Assembly: GCA_965218425.1 (NCBI GenBank)
Contig: OZ244621.1
Location: 672,001 to 736,000, forward strand
From: an uncultured Candidatus Binatia bacterium
GTDB taxonomy: Bacteria > Desulfobacterota > Binatia > UBA9968 > CAXXLF01
Direction: 5' to 3'
DNA: 64,000 nucleotides
The notes beneath the pieces are model-generated. The model saw only the letters and a program-made list of their open reading frames with translations. It searched no databases and was not told where the DNA came from. This document shows positions 8,697-18,391 of the stretch, one piece after another. Position numbers and translations under genes: made by a program. The stretch's first letter is position 1. The number at the start of each line of letters is the position of its first letter.

Positions 8697-8773
8697 GTCA
8701 TTGGGACCGGGGTCGCGTTCGACGATAGCACGCCGGGAACGGCGTTTTTTGCCGGACCCGAAGGTCCGGCCTA

Positions 8774-9272
8774 TCAGCCTTTGCCGTCCGCCAGGAACCA
8801 CTGGTACGGCCGGTAGGGATAGGTCCGGTAGTACTCGTAGGACCAGGTCTTGAACTCCGGGAAGTTCTTCAGCGCGTTGTGGTGGTAGACCGGGTTCGGC
8901 GCTTGAACCGTGCCGATGAACAGCAGGTTCCCGGTCATGTTCTTTACCAGGCGGGCGCCGAGCTTGGACGATTCCGCGCTTCCGACCGGCGTCGACTGGA
9001 AGGCGTCGATGTCCTCGCTGAGCTGTATCACATAGGCCGGTGGCTTCACGCCCTTGGTCCCGCCGCTTTCGATATATTCCGCCCACAGCATGCCGGTGCG
9101 GTGCCCGAAGTAGTTCTCGAAGGGAGCGACGAACAGTTCCTTGTTGCCAAGCACGATTGCCGGCGGCGATACCCTTCATGTCCTTGAGGGTGACCGGCGG
9201 GCAGGCGGCGACCGCTACGGCGCTCGTGAGTGCGCACGCGGCGCCGGCCGCGATGGAGACGAGCTTGTTCAT
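8774..9272 (-). pseudogene. Internally deleted ABC transporter substrate-binding protein (family 5-like)
   Basis: Signal peptide MNKLVSIAAGAAC... joined out of frame near 9155 to a C-terminal segment (GVKPP, NLLFIGTV, YPYRPYQWF). High GC. Confidence 0.6.
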
Positions 9273-9520
9273 GAAACCTCCCGGGGTTGGATTGTCACGC
9301 CGGGTCGGAGGGCGCCCCCCCGGCCGGCGCGCGCCACATTGCCTTCTACCGTAACCCCCATCTCACGGGCAGCTTCGATAATCGCCGCTATCGACCTTGA
9401 TCCCGCCCGCCAACAACGGACATCCGATTTTGGGCGACAGCCCGTTGCATCTTGTATTTAACGCGCGTTCCCAAGCCGACTCACGGTAGTAACAATGGGG
9501 TTAGGTTCACTCTAAACTCA

Positions 9521-10486
9521 TCACTTGGGACCGGACACCAGCAGATCTGAAATCAATTCTTTCAGTTGTGACGAGGGCGCCTCTGCGGAAGCAAGCATGT
9601 CTCGAAGGCGTTCTCCCCTTTCGGTCTGTTCGCCTGCGATCTGAATCAGCGCTTCGAAATTACATTCTTTTTCGGACCATTCCTTGGCGCAATAAAGCTG
9701 TTCCAGCAGCTTTGAGCGAAAGTCATACGCTCGACGATAGACGCCGCTGGCCGCAACAAATTCATCAACCACATCCGGCAGTTGGTACTGCGCCGACTCA
9801 CCGTTTGCAATCCTGGTTCTCAATTCGGTCGAAGTGAGTTTCCTCAATCCCTCGGGCAAGGTGAGGGGATAAACTCGGTCCTCGTAGACCTGGTTATCCT
9901 TTTTTGCGAGCAGCTCCTTGAGTTCTTTTTCACCCAGAGGGCCGCGGTTGGCGGCAATGAGCTCTACTTCAGCGAAGAGTCCCTTCAGGGCTCTATCTCT
10001 GTCCTGGTAATAGCGATGGTCAAGGATCTGTATCACCTTATCCATTCCGACTATGCAGAATAGCCTGGCCTTGTTTCCTAAAAGTGAGCGAAACGCCCTG
10101 GCCTGCTCGAAATAGAGACCTTTGTTGACCGCAGCCACTGACGCCCAGCCAAGTTCCCCGGCGATCAGCGACAGCAGGAGCAGCCGGTCCTCTAGCGAGA
10201 GACCTTCAACCTTTTCCTTGTCAATGGTGATCCGGCTCAAGGTGAAAAAGACGTGATCCAGTTGAAAACGATCTTTAGCGCAACGGGCCAGTTCAACATG
10301 GGCCAGGGTCGGAGGATTGAACGCGCCGCAAAGGATGCCGACACGGCCGGGAGCGGAATCTTTTGAAGGCTCGACAATGACTGCCTTGGGAGCAGCCTGG
10401 GGATTGAGTCCGTCGAGAATGTCTCGAAGTTGAAAGAGACGGCTCAGGTTATAAAATTCACCGGTTTCCAAGGAAACTCGCGCCAA
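9521..10486 (-). CDS. Nicotinate-nucleotide adenylyltransferase-like cytidylyltransferase
   Basis: GAFNPPTLAH, VGMD and TSTELR motifs. Confidence 0.75.
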   Translation of the reverse strand: MARVSLETGEFYNLSRLFQLRDILDGLNPQAAPKAVIVEPSKDSAPGRVGILCGAFNPPTLAHVELARCAKDRFQLDHVFFTLSRITIDKEKVEGLSLEDRLLLLSLIAGELGWASVAAVNKGLYFEQARAFRSLLGNKARLFCIVGMDKVIQILDHRYYQDRDRALKGLFAEVELIAANRGPLGEKELKELLAKKDNQVYEDRVYPLTLPEGLRKLTSTELRTRIANGESAQYQLPDVVDEFVAASGVYRRAYDFRSKLLEQLYCAKEWSEKECNFEALIQIAGEQTERGERLRDMLASAEAPSSQLKELISDLLVSGPK

Positions 10487-10494
10487 ACGGTTGG

Positions 10495-12828
10495 TTAGTT
10501 TCCTTTGGCTTTCGTCGCCTTGCCCTGGGCTTTTTCTTTTTCCTGCAAGGCACGCCAGATCTTTGGAGGAGAAAGGGGAAGATCGTGTATCCGTACGCCG
10601 ACGGCGTCCGCCACCGCGCTTGCCACCGCCGCGGCAACCGGAAGAACCCCCCCCTCTCCCATGCCCTTGGCGCCAAAGGGTCCCGGGCCATTGCCGTTCT
10701 CTATTAGATGAGAAGAGAAGCTCTCCGGAAGGTCGCCAAAGGTAGGCACGCGGTAATCGATCAGGTTGGGGTTCAGCAACTGTCCATCCTCATTATACTT
10801 CATCTCTTCAAAGATCGTATGACCAAGGGCCATGATGACGCCGCCCTCGTCCTGCCCCTCACACTGAAGCGGGTTGATGGCTTTTCCCACGTCGGATGCG
10901 GAAACGTACTTGAGTATCCGAATGACCCCCGTATCAGGATCCACTTCCACTTCGGCGCCGCCCCAACCGACTTCCCAAAAGGTGGTAGGGGAACCCAGGA
11001 TCGATTTCTTGCTTTTCTTATCCCGGTAGATCCCTCTCCCCACGATCCCTCCCCCACCGCTGCCGTAATATTCGAGAATCGCCTGGCTATATGGCAGCGC
11101 GCGACCCTTGGGGGCATAGACCTTGCCGTCCTTGAGGGTGAGTCGATCCGCCTTCACCCCCAAAACCTTCGCCCCGGCGCGGAGGAGTTGTTTCTTCACA
11201 TCCTGCGCGGCGCGCTGCACGGCCAGTCCCATAACCGTCATGGAACTGCTGGCGCTGGTGGAAACGTCATAGGGAGTGACGTTGGTATCCAACTCCGCCA
11301 CCGATACCCGGTCCAAGCTCACGGCTAACTCCTCGGCCGCCACCTGGCTCAGTGCCGTGCGGGAGCCCTGCCCCATCTCCACCGTAGCCGTCTCCACCAC
11401 GACGCTGCCGTCTGCAAACATTCTTACGGCCGCCTCTGCAACCTTATAGGTCCCGCCGCCGTCTTTGATGCAGCAGCTCAATCCTTTGCCGGTATTCGGC
11501 CTCGACGGTTTCCGCTTCCAGTCCAGGGCCTCCGCGATCTTCAGCAGACCTTCCTCGAGATCGCAGTCCACGGGCGAATCACCGGGGGTATAGGCCTCGC
11601 CTTTTTTAAGAAGGTTTTTGACGCGAAGCTCAAGGCGATCGATACCCAGCCGTTCGGCAATCAGATCCATTTGCGATTCGTAGGCCCAGGTGACCTGAAC
11701 CGCGCCAAATCCCCTGAAGGCGCCGGCCGGCACGGTGTTGGTATATACCCCGTGGGCATCCACCTTTGTGCGAGGAACACGATAGGGACCCAGGGAGCGA
11801 TAGCCGGCCTTTTGCGTAACCCTCGGACCGGCGTCCGCGTAGGCGCCGGTATCCATGTAAATCTCGCACTCCCTGGCGGTAAGACGCCCGTCTTTGTTCA
11901 CTCCGGTCTTGATCCGGACACGGGCCGGATGGCGTGTGACCGTCTTGAAGCTCTCCCCAACCGAGAGTGCGATTTTCACCGGGCGTCCGGTTTTCCACGA
12001 CAACGCCGCGGCGATGGGCTCCGTCTTGACATAGAGCTTGCCGCCGTAGGCCCCGCCCACCAGGGGAACCACGACCCGGACCCGGCTAAGGGGAAGCTTG
12101 AAGATTCCCGCAAGATGCTCGCGCAGCGTAAAGGGATCCTGACAGGAGGTCCATACGGTCAGTTGGCCCGCATCGAAATGGGCAAGGGTGGAGTGAGTTT
12201 CCATAGAAAAGTGCTGGACCTTGGCAAAGCGGAAGGTGTCTTCATAGACATAGTCGGAATTTTTGAAGCCATCCTCGACGTCCCCGCGACTGTAGCCGAA
12301 ATGGTAACAGACGTTGGTGCCTTTGAACCTTGGGGGCGCGCCGTACTTTGACCCTCGGAGTTCGGCTTTGACCGACTCGGTCTCGTGGACCAGCGGCGCG
12401 CCGGGAGCAAGCGCTTCATCGATAGTGGTTATATTAGGAAGGTCTTCATACTCCACATCGATCTGCGCCAAAGCTTCCTCCGCCACCGCCTCATCCGTTG
12501 CGAGCACGGCAGCCAGGGGATCCCCCACGAACCTCACCTTGTCCACCGCCACGACGGACTGATCCTTGTAGGTAGCCCCGTAGCGGTGATTCAGATCGGC
12601 AAGGTCGTCCCGGGTCAGCACCGTGATCACCCCGGGAAGGCTCTCCGCCTTGCTGGTGTCGATCCGGACCAACCTTGCATGGGGCACAGGGCTGCGTAAT
12701 ACCTTCCCGTAGGCCATGCCGGGCAGATCCAAATCCCCCGTGTATCGGGCCAATCCGTTCACCTTATCCACTCCATCCAGACGTGGGACATCATGGCCAG
12801 CAATCTTGAGGGTTTGCTTTGTTCTCAT
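10495..12828 (-). CDS. Xanthine dehydrogenase family molybdopterin-binding large subunit
   Basis: DKVNG-ARY, GGAYGGK, AFRGFG, EMGQG, GAKGMGE. Confidence 0.92.
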   Translation of the reverse strand: MRTKQTLKIAGHDVPRLDGVDKVNGLARYTGDLDLPGMAYGKVLRSPVPHARLVRIDTSKAESLPGVITVLTRDDLADLNHRYGATYKDQSVVAVDKVRFVGDPLAAVLATDEAVAEEALAQIDVEYEDLPNITTIDEALAPGAPLVHETESVKAELRGSKYGAPPRFKGTNVCYHFGYSRGDVEDGFKNSDYVYEDTFRFAKVQHFSMETHSTLAHFDAGQLTVWTSCQDPFTLREHLAGIFKLPLSRVRVVVPLVGGAYGGKLYVKTEPIAAALSWKTGRPVKIALSVGESFKTVTRHPARVRIKTGVNKDGRLTARECEIYMDTGAYADAGPRVTQKAGYRSLGPYRVPRTKVDAHGVYTNTVPAGAFRGFGAVQVTWAYESQMDLIAERLGIDRLELRVKNLLKKGEAYTPGDSPVDCDLEEGLLKIAEALDWKRKPSRPNTGKGLSCCIKDGGGTYKVAEAAVRMFADGSVVVETATVEMGQGSRTALSQVAAEELAVSLDRVSVAELDTNVTPYDVSTSASSSMTVMGLAVQRAAQDVKKQLLRAGAKVLGVKADRLTLKDGKVYAPKGRALPYSQAILEYYGSGGGGIVGRGIYRDKKSKKSILGSPTTFWEVGWGGAEVEVDPDTGVIRILKYVSASDVGKAINPLQCEGQDEGGVIMALGHTIFEEMKYNEDGQLLNPNLIDYRVPTFGDLPESFSSHLIENGNGPGPFGAKGMGEGGVLPVAAAVASAVADAVGVRIHDLPLSPPKIWRALQEKEKAQGKATKAKGN

Positions 12829-12860
12829 GGCTTGTTGCTAAAAGAATTCAATTAGATTTG

Positions 12861-12942
12861 TCGCGCCAGGACGCTAAGCTCGCAAAAGATAATATGATCC
12901 TAAATTCTCCGAACTTGGCGTCCTTTGCGTTTTTGCGTGAGA
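12861..12942. repeat. Imperfect inverted repeat of 9-mer (CGCAAAG/CTTTGCG) units
   Basis: CGCCAGGACGCTAAGCTCGCAAAAG ... CTTGGCGTCCTTTGCGTTTTTGCG. The same right arm recurs at 49354-49380. Confidence 0.6.
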
Positions 12943-12950
12943 CATTTTCT

Positions 12951-13097
12951 TTATCGGCGAATTTTCGGGCTGTCCTTCTCGGGAAAGTACCTGTCACAGA
13001 ACGGGCAGTGAAATTCCATGCCCGAGCCCAGCATATGGGGATGAGCAACAAATAATTTAGCGCACTTTGGACATGTGACTTCTATGGCCTGTCCCAT
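12951..13097 (-). CDS. Small 48-aa protein with two CxxC motifs (below the ORF-track cutoff)
   Basis: GAGGTG SD, then MGQAIEVTCPKCAKLFVAHPHMLGSGMEFHCPFCDRYFPEKDSPKIRR*. Confidence 0.75.
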   Translation of the reverse strand: MGQAIEVTCPKCAKLFVAHPHMLGSGMEFHCPFCDRYFPEKDSPKIRR

Positions 13098-13212
13098 GGT
13101 TCACCTCGTTATTCCTGTACCCGCAATTCGCATGATCGTCAACTGCTGACAGCCTCCCGACCTATGCCTTCGTCATTCGAACATACTATTCAACAGATAA
13201 CCGATATCCAAA

Positions 13213-14658
13213 CTATCCCCAGTAAGTTGTCCTGTCGAGGGGAATATGCCGCAACACCTCCCCGGGAATAAAATCCTCCAGCTTAACCCGTTCCATGGCG
13301 TCCTCAGGACACTTCGATACCTGGGAATAGGGATGATCCAGGGGACGGGTGGCGTCGATAATCATGCCGGATGTCTTGATCTCATCGACTAACGACGGAT
13401 CGAGGAAGTTGCCGCGAAACAGGGGTTGCAGGATGGAGACCTGCAGATGGGGTTGAACCCGGGTGGCCAGGGCCCACAGGATCTCCGTTGGATTGAAGAT
13501 GTCGATGTCGTCGTCAAACACGAATACGTTTTTTGCGTGGTCGAAAGTCATAGCCGCCGCGGCGGCACGGCCGGGGTCCCCCTCGGACATTTTTTTCATG
13601 GCAATAAAAATATTGTACCCGGCATGACGACCCATCTTGCAAACGGCCGTAACCCCCGGGACCGCCTCACGACAGCGGCGGAGATAGGCTCCTTCCCGGG
13701 GCAGATCCATCCACGGCTTGTCGCCTTCCGGTGTAATGACGGATTGATACATGGCCCCCTTGCGGTAATTAATCGCTCGCACCTCATAGTGGACGCAGGT
13801 GGTGTATCGTTGGGGCCCGAGGTATCCCGTCCACTCCCCAAAGGGCCCTTCCACCACGCGTTTGCCCGGGACAAGGGCGCCTTCAATTACAATTTCGGCA
13901 TCGGCGGGAATAAGCAGGTCCTCGCCAAAAGTCTCCGATGGCGTTAGACGCAGGGGTTCTTGAAAATAGCCGCCGATCACGTCGAACTCGCTCACCTCGA
14001 AAGGCCCGGTGTAACAGGCCCCCATATGATAGGCGGGGTGGTGGCCGAGAACCGTAGCCACCGGACATTCGAGTTTATTGTCCTCGTAATCCCGAAAGAT
14101 CCTCCACATGTGCCGGGGGGAAGCGTACAACGCGGTGGTGTTCTTCGACTTCACCTCGATTCGATGATAGGAGCAGTTATAGATGCCTGATCCTCGGTCC
14201 TTGGTGATGCTGGACAAAGTGATATAGGGCCCGCCGTCCATATAGTGGTGGCGCATAATCGGCAACTGGAACAAGTCCACCTCTTTGCCCGCCTTCACCA
14301 CTTCCTTGACCGGCGCTTCTTTTTTATCCACCACTACCGGCGGAATACGCTTTTCTTCTCGCTCCAAACAGATCCGGGCCATCTCCGCCCTGCTCTTTTC
14401 TTTGGAGAGACCCAGGGCGACCTGGGTCTTGCGCTGGGAGATCTCGCAGTTCATGACCAATTTAAACTCGCTTGCCTTTCCGTCCAGACCCAGAGCATGA
14501 TCGAACACCAGAATGGGAAACTTCTTCATCTCATCGAGGTGTTTGATGATGGCGGTCACATCGTAATGGGCCGGGTCCACCTTTTTATCGATCTGGACGA
14601 TCTCGTTGGGGATCTCCCTACGGCAGTCATCCAGGAAGGTCTGTAAACTCTTGGCCAT
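13213..14658 (-). CDS. UbiD-family (prFMN) decarboxylase
   Basis: DGGPY, catalytic R in SYHR, PADAEIVIEG, EGPFGE, DDDID, WALATR. Confidence 0.9.
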   Translation of the reverse strand: MAKSLQTFLDDCRREIPNEIVQIDKKVDPAHYDVTAIIKHLDEMKKFPILVFDHALGLDGKASEFKLVMNCEISQRKTQVALGLSKEKSRAEMARICLEREEKRIPPVVVDKKEAPVKEVVKAGKEVDLFQLPIMRHHYMDGGPYITLSSITKDRGSGIYNCSYHRIEVKSKNTTALYASPRHMWRIFRDYEDNKLECPVATVLGHHPAYHMGACYTGPFEVSEFDVIGGYFQEPLRLTPSETFGEDLLIPADAEIVIEGALVPGKRVVEGPFGEWTGYLGPQRYTTCVHYEVRAINYRKGAMYQSVITPEGDKPWMDLPREGAYLRRCREAVPGVTAVCKMGRHAGYNIFIAMKKMSEGDPGRAAAAAMTFDHAKNVFVFDDDIDIFNPTEILWALATRVQPHLQVSILQPLFRGNFLDPSLVDEIKTSGMIIDATRPLDHPYSQVSKCPEDAMERVKLEDFIPGEVLRHIPLDRTTYWG

Positions 14659-14984
14659 GAATCCTCCTCACTTGAATCATCTCCGTAAGTTAGGAGATGA
14701 GGAGCATGCAAAGTACTTATCGGGAACCCCTTTCCTTGTCAACGAACGCGCGAACACATTCAACCTTGAAAGCACTGACCGACCTGGGGAGCGGCCGTCC
14801 TCGGCAAGCGGGTGTTGAGGACCGAGTGGGAAAAACTCTGTCCTCGGTCCTGATTTGCCGATGGCTGAGAGCTGATGGCCATCTGTTGAGCTTCCCGCCG
14901 AGGGGCCGGTGAAGCGAGGGGATGGGAGGTTCCACTCATGGTTCGCCTTGAACAAGAAGGTGAGCGGGATTAAAATAACGAATC

Positions 14985-16583
14985 TTGCGACTCTCATTCA
15001 AATCGTACGGAGCAACCACCCTTGCCCTTTGCGCGCTCTTGATCCTTGGGTCTTGCACCTCTCCCCCGGAACAGGCTCGCGAAACCGTTTTTCGAGTCAA
15101 TCTAGGCACTGAACCCCCCAGCCTGGACTGGTCTCGGGCCACGGATCACGTCTCTTTCAACGTCGTGGTCAACTTGATGGTGGGCCTTACGGAGTTCGAC
15201 ATTGATTTGAGGCCTTCTCCCATGGTGGCATTGTCCTGGGAGGTTCTCGACGACGGGAAAAGACTTCTCTTTCATCTGCGGGACGACGTCCGCTGGAGCG
15301 ACGGCGAGCCCGTTCGCGCCCGGGATTTCGTCTATTCGTGGCGGCGGCTGCTGAATCCCGAAACCGCCTCCGAATACGCCTACATCCTTTTCGACATCGT
15401 AAACGCGGAGGAGTTCAACCAGGGCGAGGTCAAAAACCCGACCCGGGTGGGCGTGCGAGCCCTTGACGAGCGGACCCTGGAGGTTCGGCTCAAGAACCCG
15501 GCGCCCTACTTTCTTGCCATCACAACCTTCGAGGTTACCTTCCCACAACGTCAGGACGTGGTGGAAAAATTCGGCGACCGCTGGACAGATCCGGCCAACA
15601 TCGTCACCAACGGTCCCTTTCTGCTGGAATCCTGGAAGCATGAAAACGAGATCGAGCTCAGGGCCAACCCGGATTTTTACCTGGGCAAGCCCGCCATCGA
15701 TCGAGTCCGGATGGCCATGGTCAATGAGAAAACCACCGGCCTGGCCATGTACGAGAGAGACCAACTGGACTTTATCGACAACAAGAGTATCCCCATCTTC
15801 GAAAAACGACGCATCGCTCGACGCCCCGGCTACAAGGTCGTACCCCAGCTGAGGGGTTACTATTACGGCTTCGCCACTAACCGAAAACCCTTCGACGACG
15901 TGCGGGTCCGACAGGCCTTTGCCCTGGCCATCGACGCGCGGGTCTTTCCCAAAGTTCTCCACGGGGGAGAGCAGCCGACTAAATCCTGGATTCCACCCGG
16001 TATGCTCGCGTACAACAAGGAAATCGGCCTCTCGTTCAACCCCTCGGAAGCGAAACGCCTGTTAGCGGAAGCCGGTTACCCCAACGGTCGGGGTTTTCCG
16101 GAGACCACCCTGGGATACAACACCGATGAGACCCACAAGACGGTGGCTGAAGCGATCCAGGGCATGTGGAAGAAAAACCTCGGCGTGCTGGTTCGACTGG
16201 ACAATCAGGAATGGAAGGTCTATCTCAGCAGGCTCCTCCGAGACCCGCCCCATATATTTCGTCTGGGTTGGGGCGCCGATTATCCCGATCCCAACAACTT
16301 CATGAACCTCTTTACCTCCAATAGCGGGAACAACAACACCCGGTGGAAAAGCAAGCGCTACGACGAGCTGGTGGAGCGAGCGGCGCGGGAATTGGATGAC
16401 AAAAAACGGCTTGAGCTTTACAACGAGGCACAGCGCATTCTCTGCGAAACCGAGGTTCCCATCGTCCCCCTGTTCGTCACCACGGAAGCAACCATATTAA
16501 ACCCGCGCTTCACGGGTCTAGAATTTAATTCCATGGCGCGTCTCATGCTTCGTGACGTGCGCCTCAAGGAACCGTCGACCTGA
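14985..16583 (+). CDS. oppA: Oligopeptide ABC transporter substrate-binding lipoprotein
   Basis: LGSC lipobox, EPPSLD, WSDG-PV-A-DF-YSW, TNGPF, GWGADYPDP. Confidence 0.88.
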   Translation: MRLSFKSYGATTLALCALLILGSCTSPPEQARETVFRVNLGTEPPSLDWSRATDHVSFNVVVNLMVGLTEFDIDLRPSPMVALSWEVLDDGKRLLFHLRDDVRWSDGEPVRARDFVYSWRRLLNPETASEYAYILFDIVNAEEFNQGEVKNPTRVGVRALDERTLEVRLKNPAPYFLAITTFEVTFPQRQDVVEKFGDRWTDPANIVTNGPFLLESWKHENEIELRANPDFYLGKPAIDRVRMAMVNEKTTGLAMYERDQLDFIDNKSIPIFEKRRIARRPGYKVVPQLRGYYYGFATNRKPFDDVRVRQAFALAIDARVFPKVLHGGEQPTKSWIPPGMLAYNKEIGLSFNPSEAKRLLAEAGYPNGRGFPETTLGYNTDETHKTVAEAIQGMWKKNLGVLVRLDNQEWKVYLSRLLRDPPHIFRLGWGADYPDPNNFMNLFTSNSGNNNTRWKSKRYDELVERAARELDDKKRLELYNEAQRILCETEVPIVPLFVTTEATILNPRFTGLEFNSMARLMLRDVRLKEPST

Positions 16584-16587
16584 CCCC

Positions 16588-17505
16588 ATGGGTCGCTTTA
16601 TCCTCAAGCGCGTTTCCCACGGTCTCGCCGTTCTGTGGGCGGTGGCGACCCTGACCTTCATCCTCATGCACGTCACGCCCGGCGGGCCCTTTGATCGCGA
16701 GCAACGCCTTCCGCCCCAGGTGATGGCCAATCTGCATGCCAAGTACCACCTGGACCAGCCCCTGTGGAACCAGTACCTGCTCTACTTGAAAGGGCTCATT
16801 CGAGGTGATCTGGGCCCCTCCTACAAGTACCTTCATCGAACCGTGGCAGACATCGTGAGCTCCACCCTCCCCGTCTCCGCTCTGCTGGGATTTTTGGCCC
16901 TGGTCTTCGCCATCATGGTTTCATTGCCCACCGGCCTGCTGGCGGCCTGCTACCACAACTCTTGGGCGGACCGGTGGTGTTTGTTGCTGGCGACCCTCGG
17001 CATTTCGCTACCCAACTTCATCTTAGGGGCCCTTCTCATCTGGTTTTTTTCTCTGCAAATGGGCTGGTTTCAGGCGGGGCGGTGGGGTTCAGCGGATAGT
17101 ATGGTGCTACCGACCATAACCCTTGGCGCGGCCCCCGCGGCGTATCTATCCTATCTCCTTCGTTCTACCTTGATCGAGACCCTTGGCGAGGATTTCATCC
17201 GAACCGCCCGGGCCAAGGGCCTCAAGGAGACGGTGGTCCTCTTCAAGCATGCCCTGCGCAATTCCATCAATCCCGTGCTGACTGTCATGGGTCCTCTCCT
17301 CGCGGTCCTGGTCACGGGCTCCTTTGTGGTTGAGTTCGTTTTTGCCATTCCGGGAATGGGCCGGTTTTTTATTTCCGCGGTAACTGACCGCGATTATCCC
17401 ATGATCATGGGCGTCACCCTGGTTTATAGCGCGCTTCTGGTAGGCGCTAATTTAGCCGTTGACCTGCTCTACTCGGCCACTGATCCCAGGATCAAGTACC
17501 GTTGA
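16588..17505 (+). CDS. oppB: Oligopeptide ABC transporter permease
   Basis: PGGPF, GDLGPSY, FIRTARAKGL, DPRI. Confidence 0.9.
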   Translation: MGRFILKRVSHGLAVLWAVATLTFILMHVTPGGPFDREQRLPPQVMANLHAKYHLDQPLWNQYLLYLKGLIRGDLGPSYKYLHRTVADIVSSTLPVSALLGFLALVFAIMVSLPTGLLAACYHNSWADRWCLLLATLGISLPNFILGALLIWFFSLQMGWFQAGRWGSADSMVLPTITLGAAPAAYLSYLLRSTLIETLGEDFIRTARAKGLKETVVLFKHALRNSINPVLTVMGPLLAVLVTGSFVVEFVFAIPGMGRFFISAVTDRDYPMIMGVTLVYSALLVGANLAVDLLYSATDPRIKYR

Positions 17506-17515
17506 AGTGCCTCTT

Positions 17516-18379
17516 ATGGAATCGGCTAAAGGGTTATTGGCTATATGGAAGAGGCTCTGCCGGAATCAAACAGCCATGTGGAGCCTCGCCTTCATTGTGC
17601 TGGTGGTAATGGGGAGCTCCCTGGTTTCTCTGCTCTCTCCCTATAGTCCCGGAGGGCTGGATGAGGCCCACATTTTGGAGCGACCCAGCCTGAGCCATTG
17701 GATGGGAACAGACGGGTTGGGAAGGGACCTTTTGACCCGTATCCTGTACGGTGCGCGAGTCTCCCTCGCCGTCGGAGTGGGCACAACACTGCTGGCCCTC
17801 ATCATTGGAACGGCTTACGGCCTGGTTTCCGGCTACTCCGGGCCGCGTGTGGACAGCTTTCTCATGCGGATAGTCGATATCTTCTATAGTCTGCCCGATC
17901 TGCTGGTTTTCATTCTCTTATCGCTGGTTCTGGGGCGGAACGTCATCGGTCTCCTGGTCTCCCTGGGACTCGTGACCTGGGTGAGGTTTGCCCGAATTAC
18001 CAGGGGAGAGGTCCTACAGGTTAAGGAGTCCGTTTATGTCGAAGGGGCCAGAGCCATTGGCGCAAGCCACCCCAGAATCGTCCTGCGGCATATTCTACCC
18101 AACATCATGGGTCCCATTCTGGTGACCCTGACCTTTATGATCCCGGGGGTAATCCTCGCGGAATCCACTCTCAGCTTTATCGGTTTAGGGATTAACGACC
18201 CCTATGGGAACTGGGGAACTAGTTGGGGAACTCTGGCTCAGGACGGCTGGCGCGCCATGCGAACCTATCCTCATGTTATCTTCTTTCCGGCAATGGCAAT
18301 CTTCCTGACCATCCTGTCCTTCAACTTCCTGGGAAACACCCTCAGGGATGCCATGGACCCGAAGGATAGGATGAGGTAA
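17516..18379 (+). CDS. oppC: Oligopeptide ABC transporter permease
   Basis: HWMGTDGLGRD, EGARAIGAS, RHILPN, LRDAMDP. Confidence 0.9.
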   Translation: MESAKGLLAIWKRLCRNQTAMWSLAFIVLVVMGSSLVSLLSPYSPGGLDEAHILERPSLSHWMGTDGLGRDLLTRILYGARVSLAVGVGTTLLALIIGTAYGLVSGYSGPRVDSFLMRIVDIFYSLPDLLVFILLSLVLGRNVIGLLVSLGLVTWVRFARITRGEVLQVKESVYVEGARAIGASHPRIVLRHILPNIMGPILVTLTFMIPGVILAESTLSFIGLGINDPYGNWGTSWGTLAQDGWRAMRTYPHVIFFPAMAIFLTILSFNFLGNTLRDAMDPKDRMR

Positions 18380-18391
18380 TGGCCCTCACTT

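Noticed and set aside
5291..9500. Integron cassette array
   Set aside because: No integrase and no attC (RYYYAAC...GTTRRRY) pattern; the repeats are one-sided ends.
9494..9512. Further GGGGT(T)AGG end closing the 7316 island
   Set aside because: Short, degenerate and in the wrong orientation to close the island.
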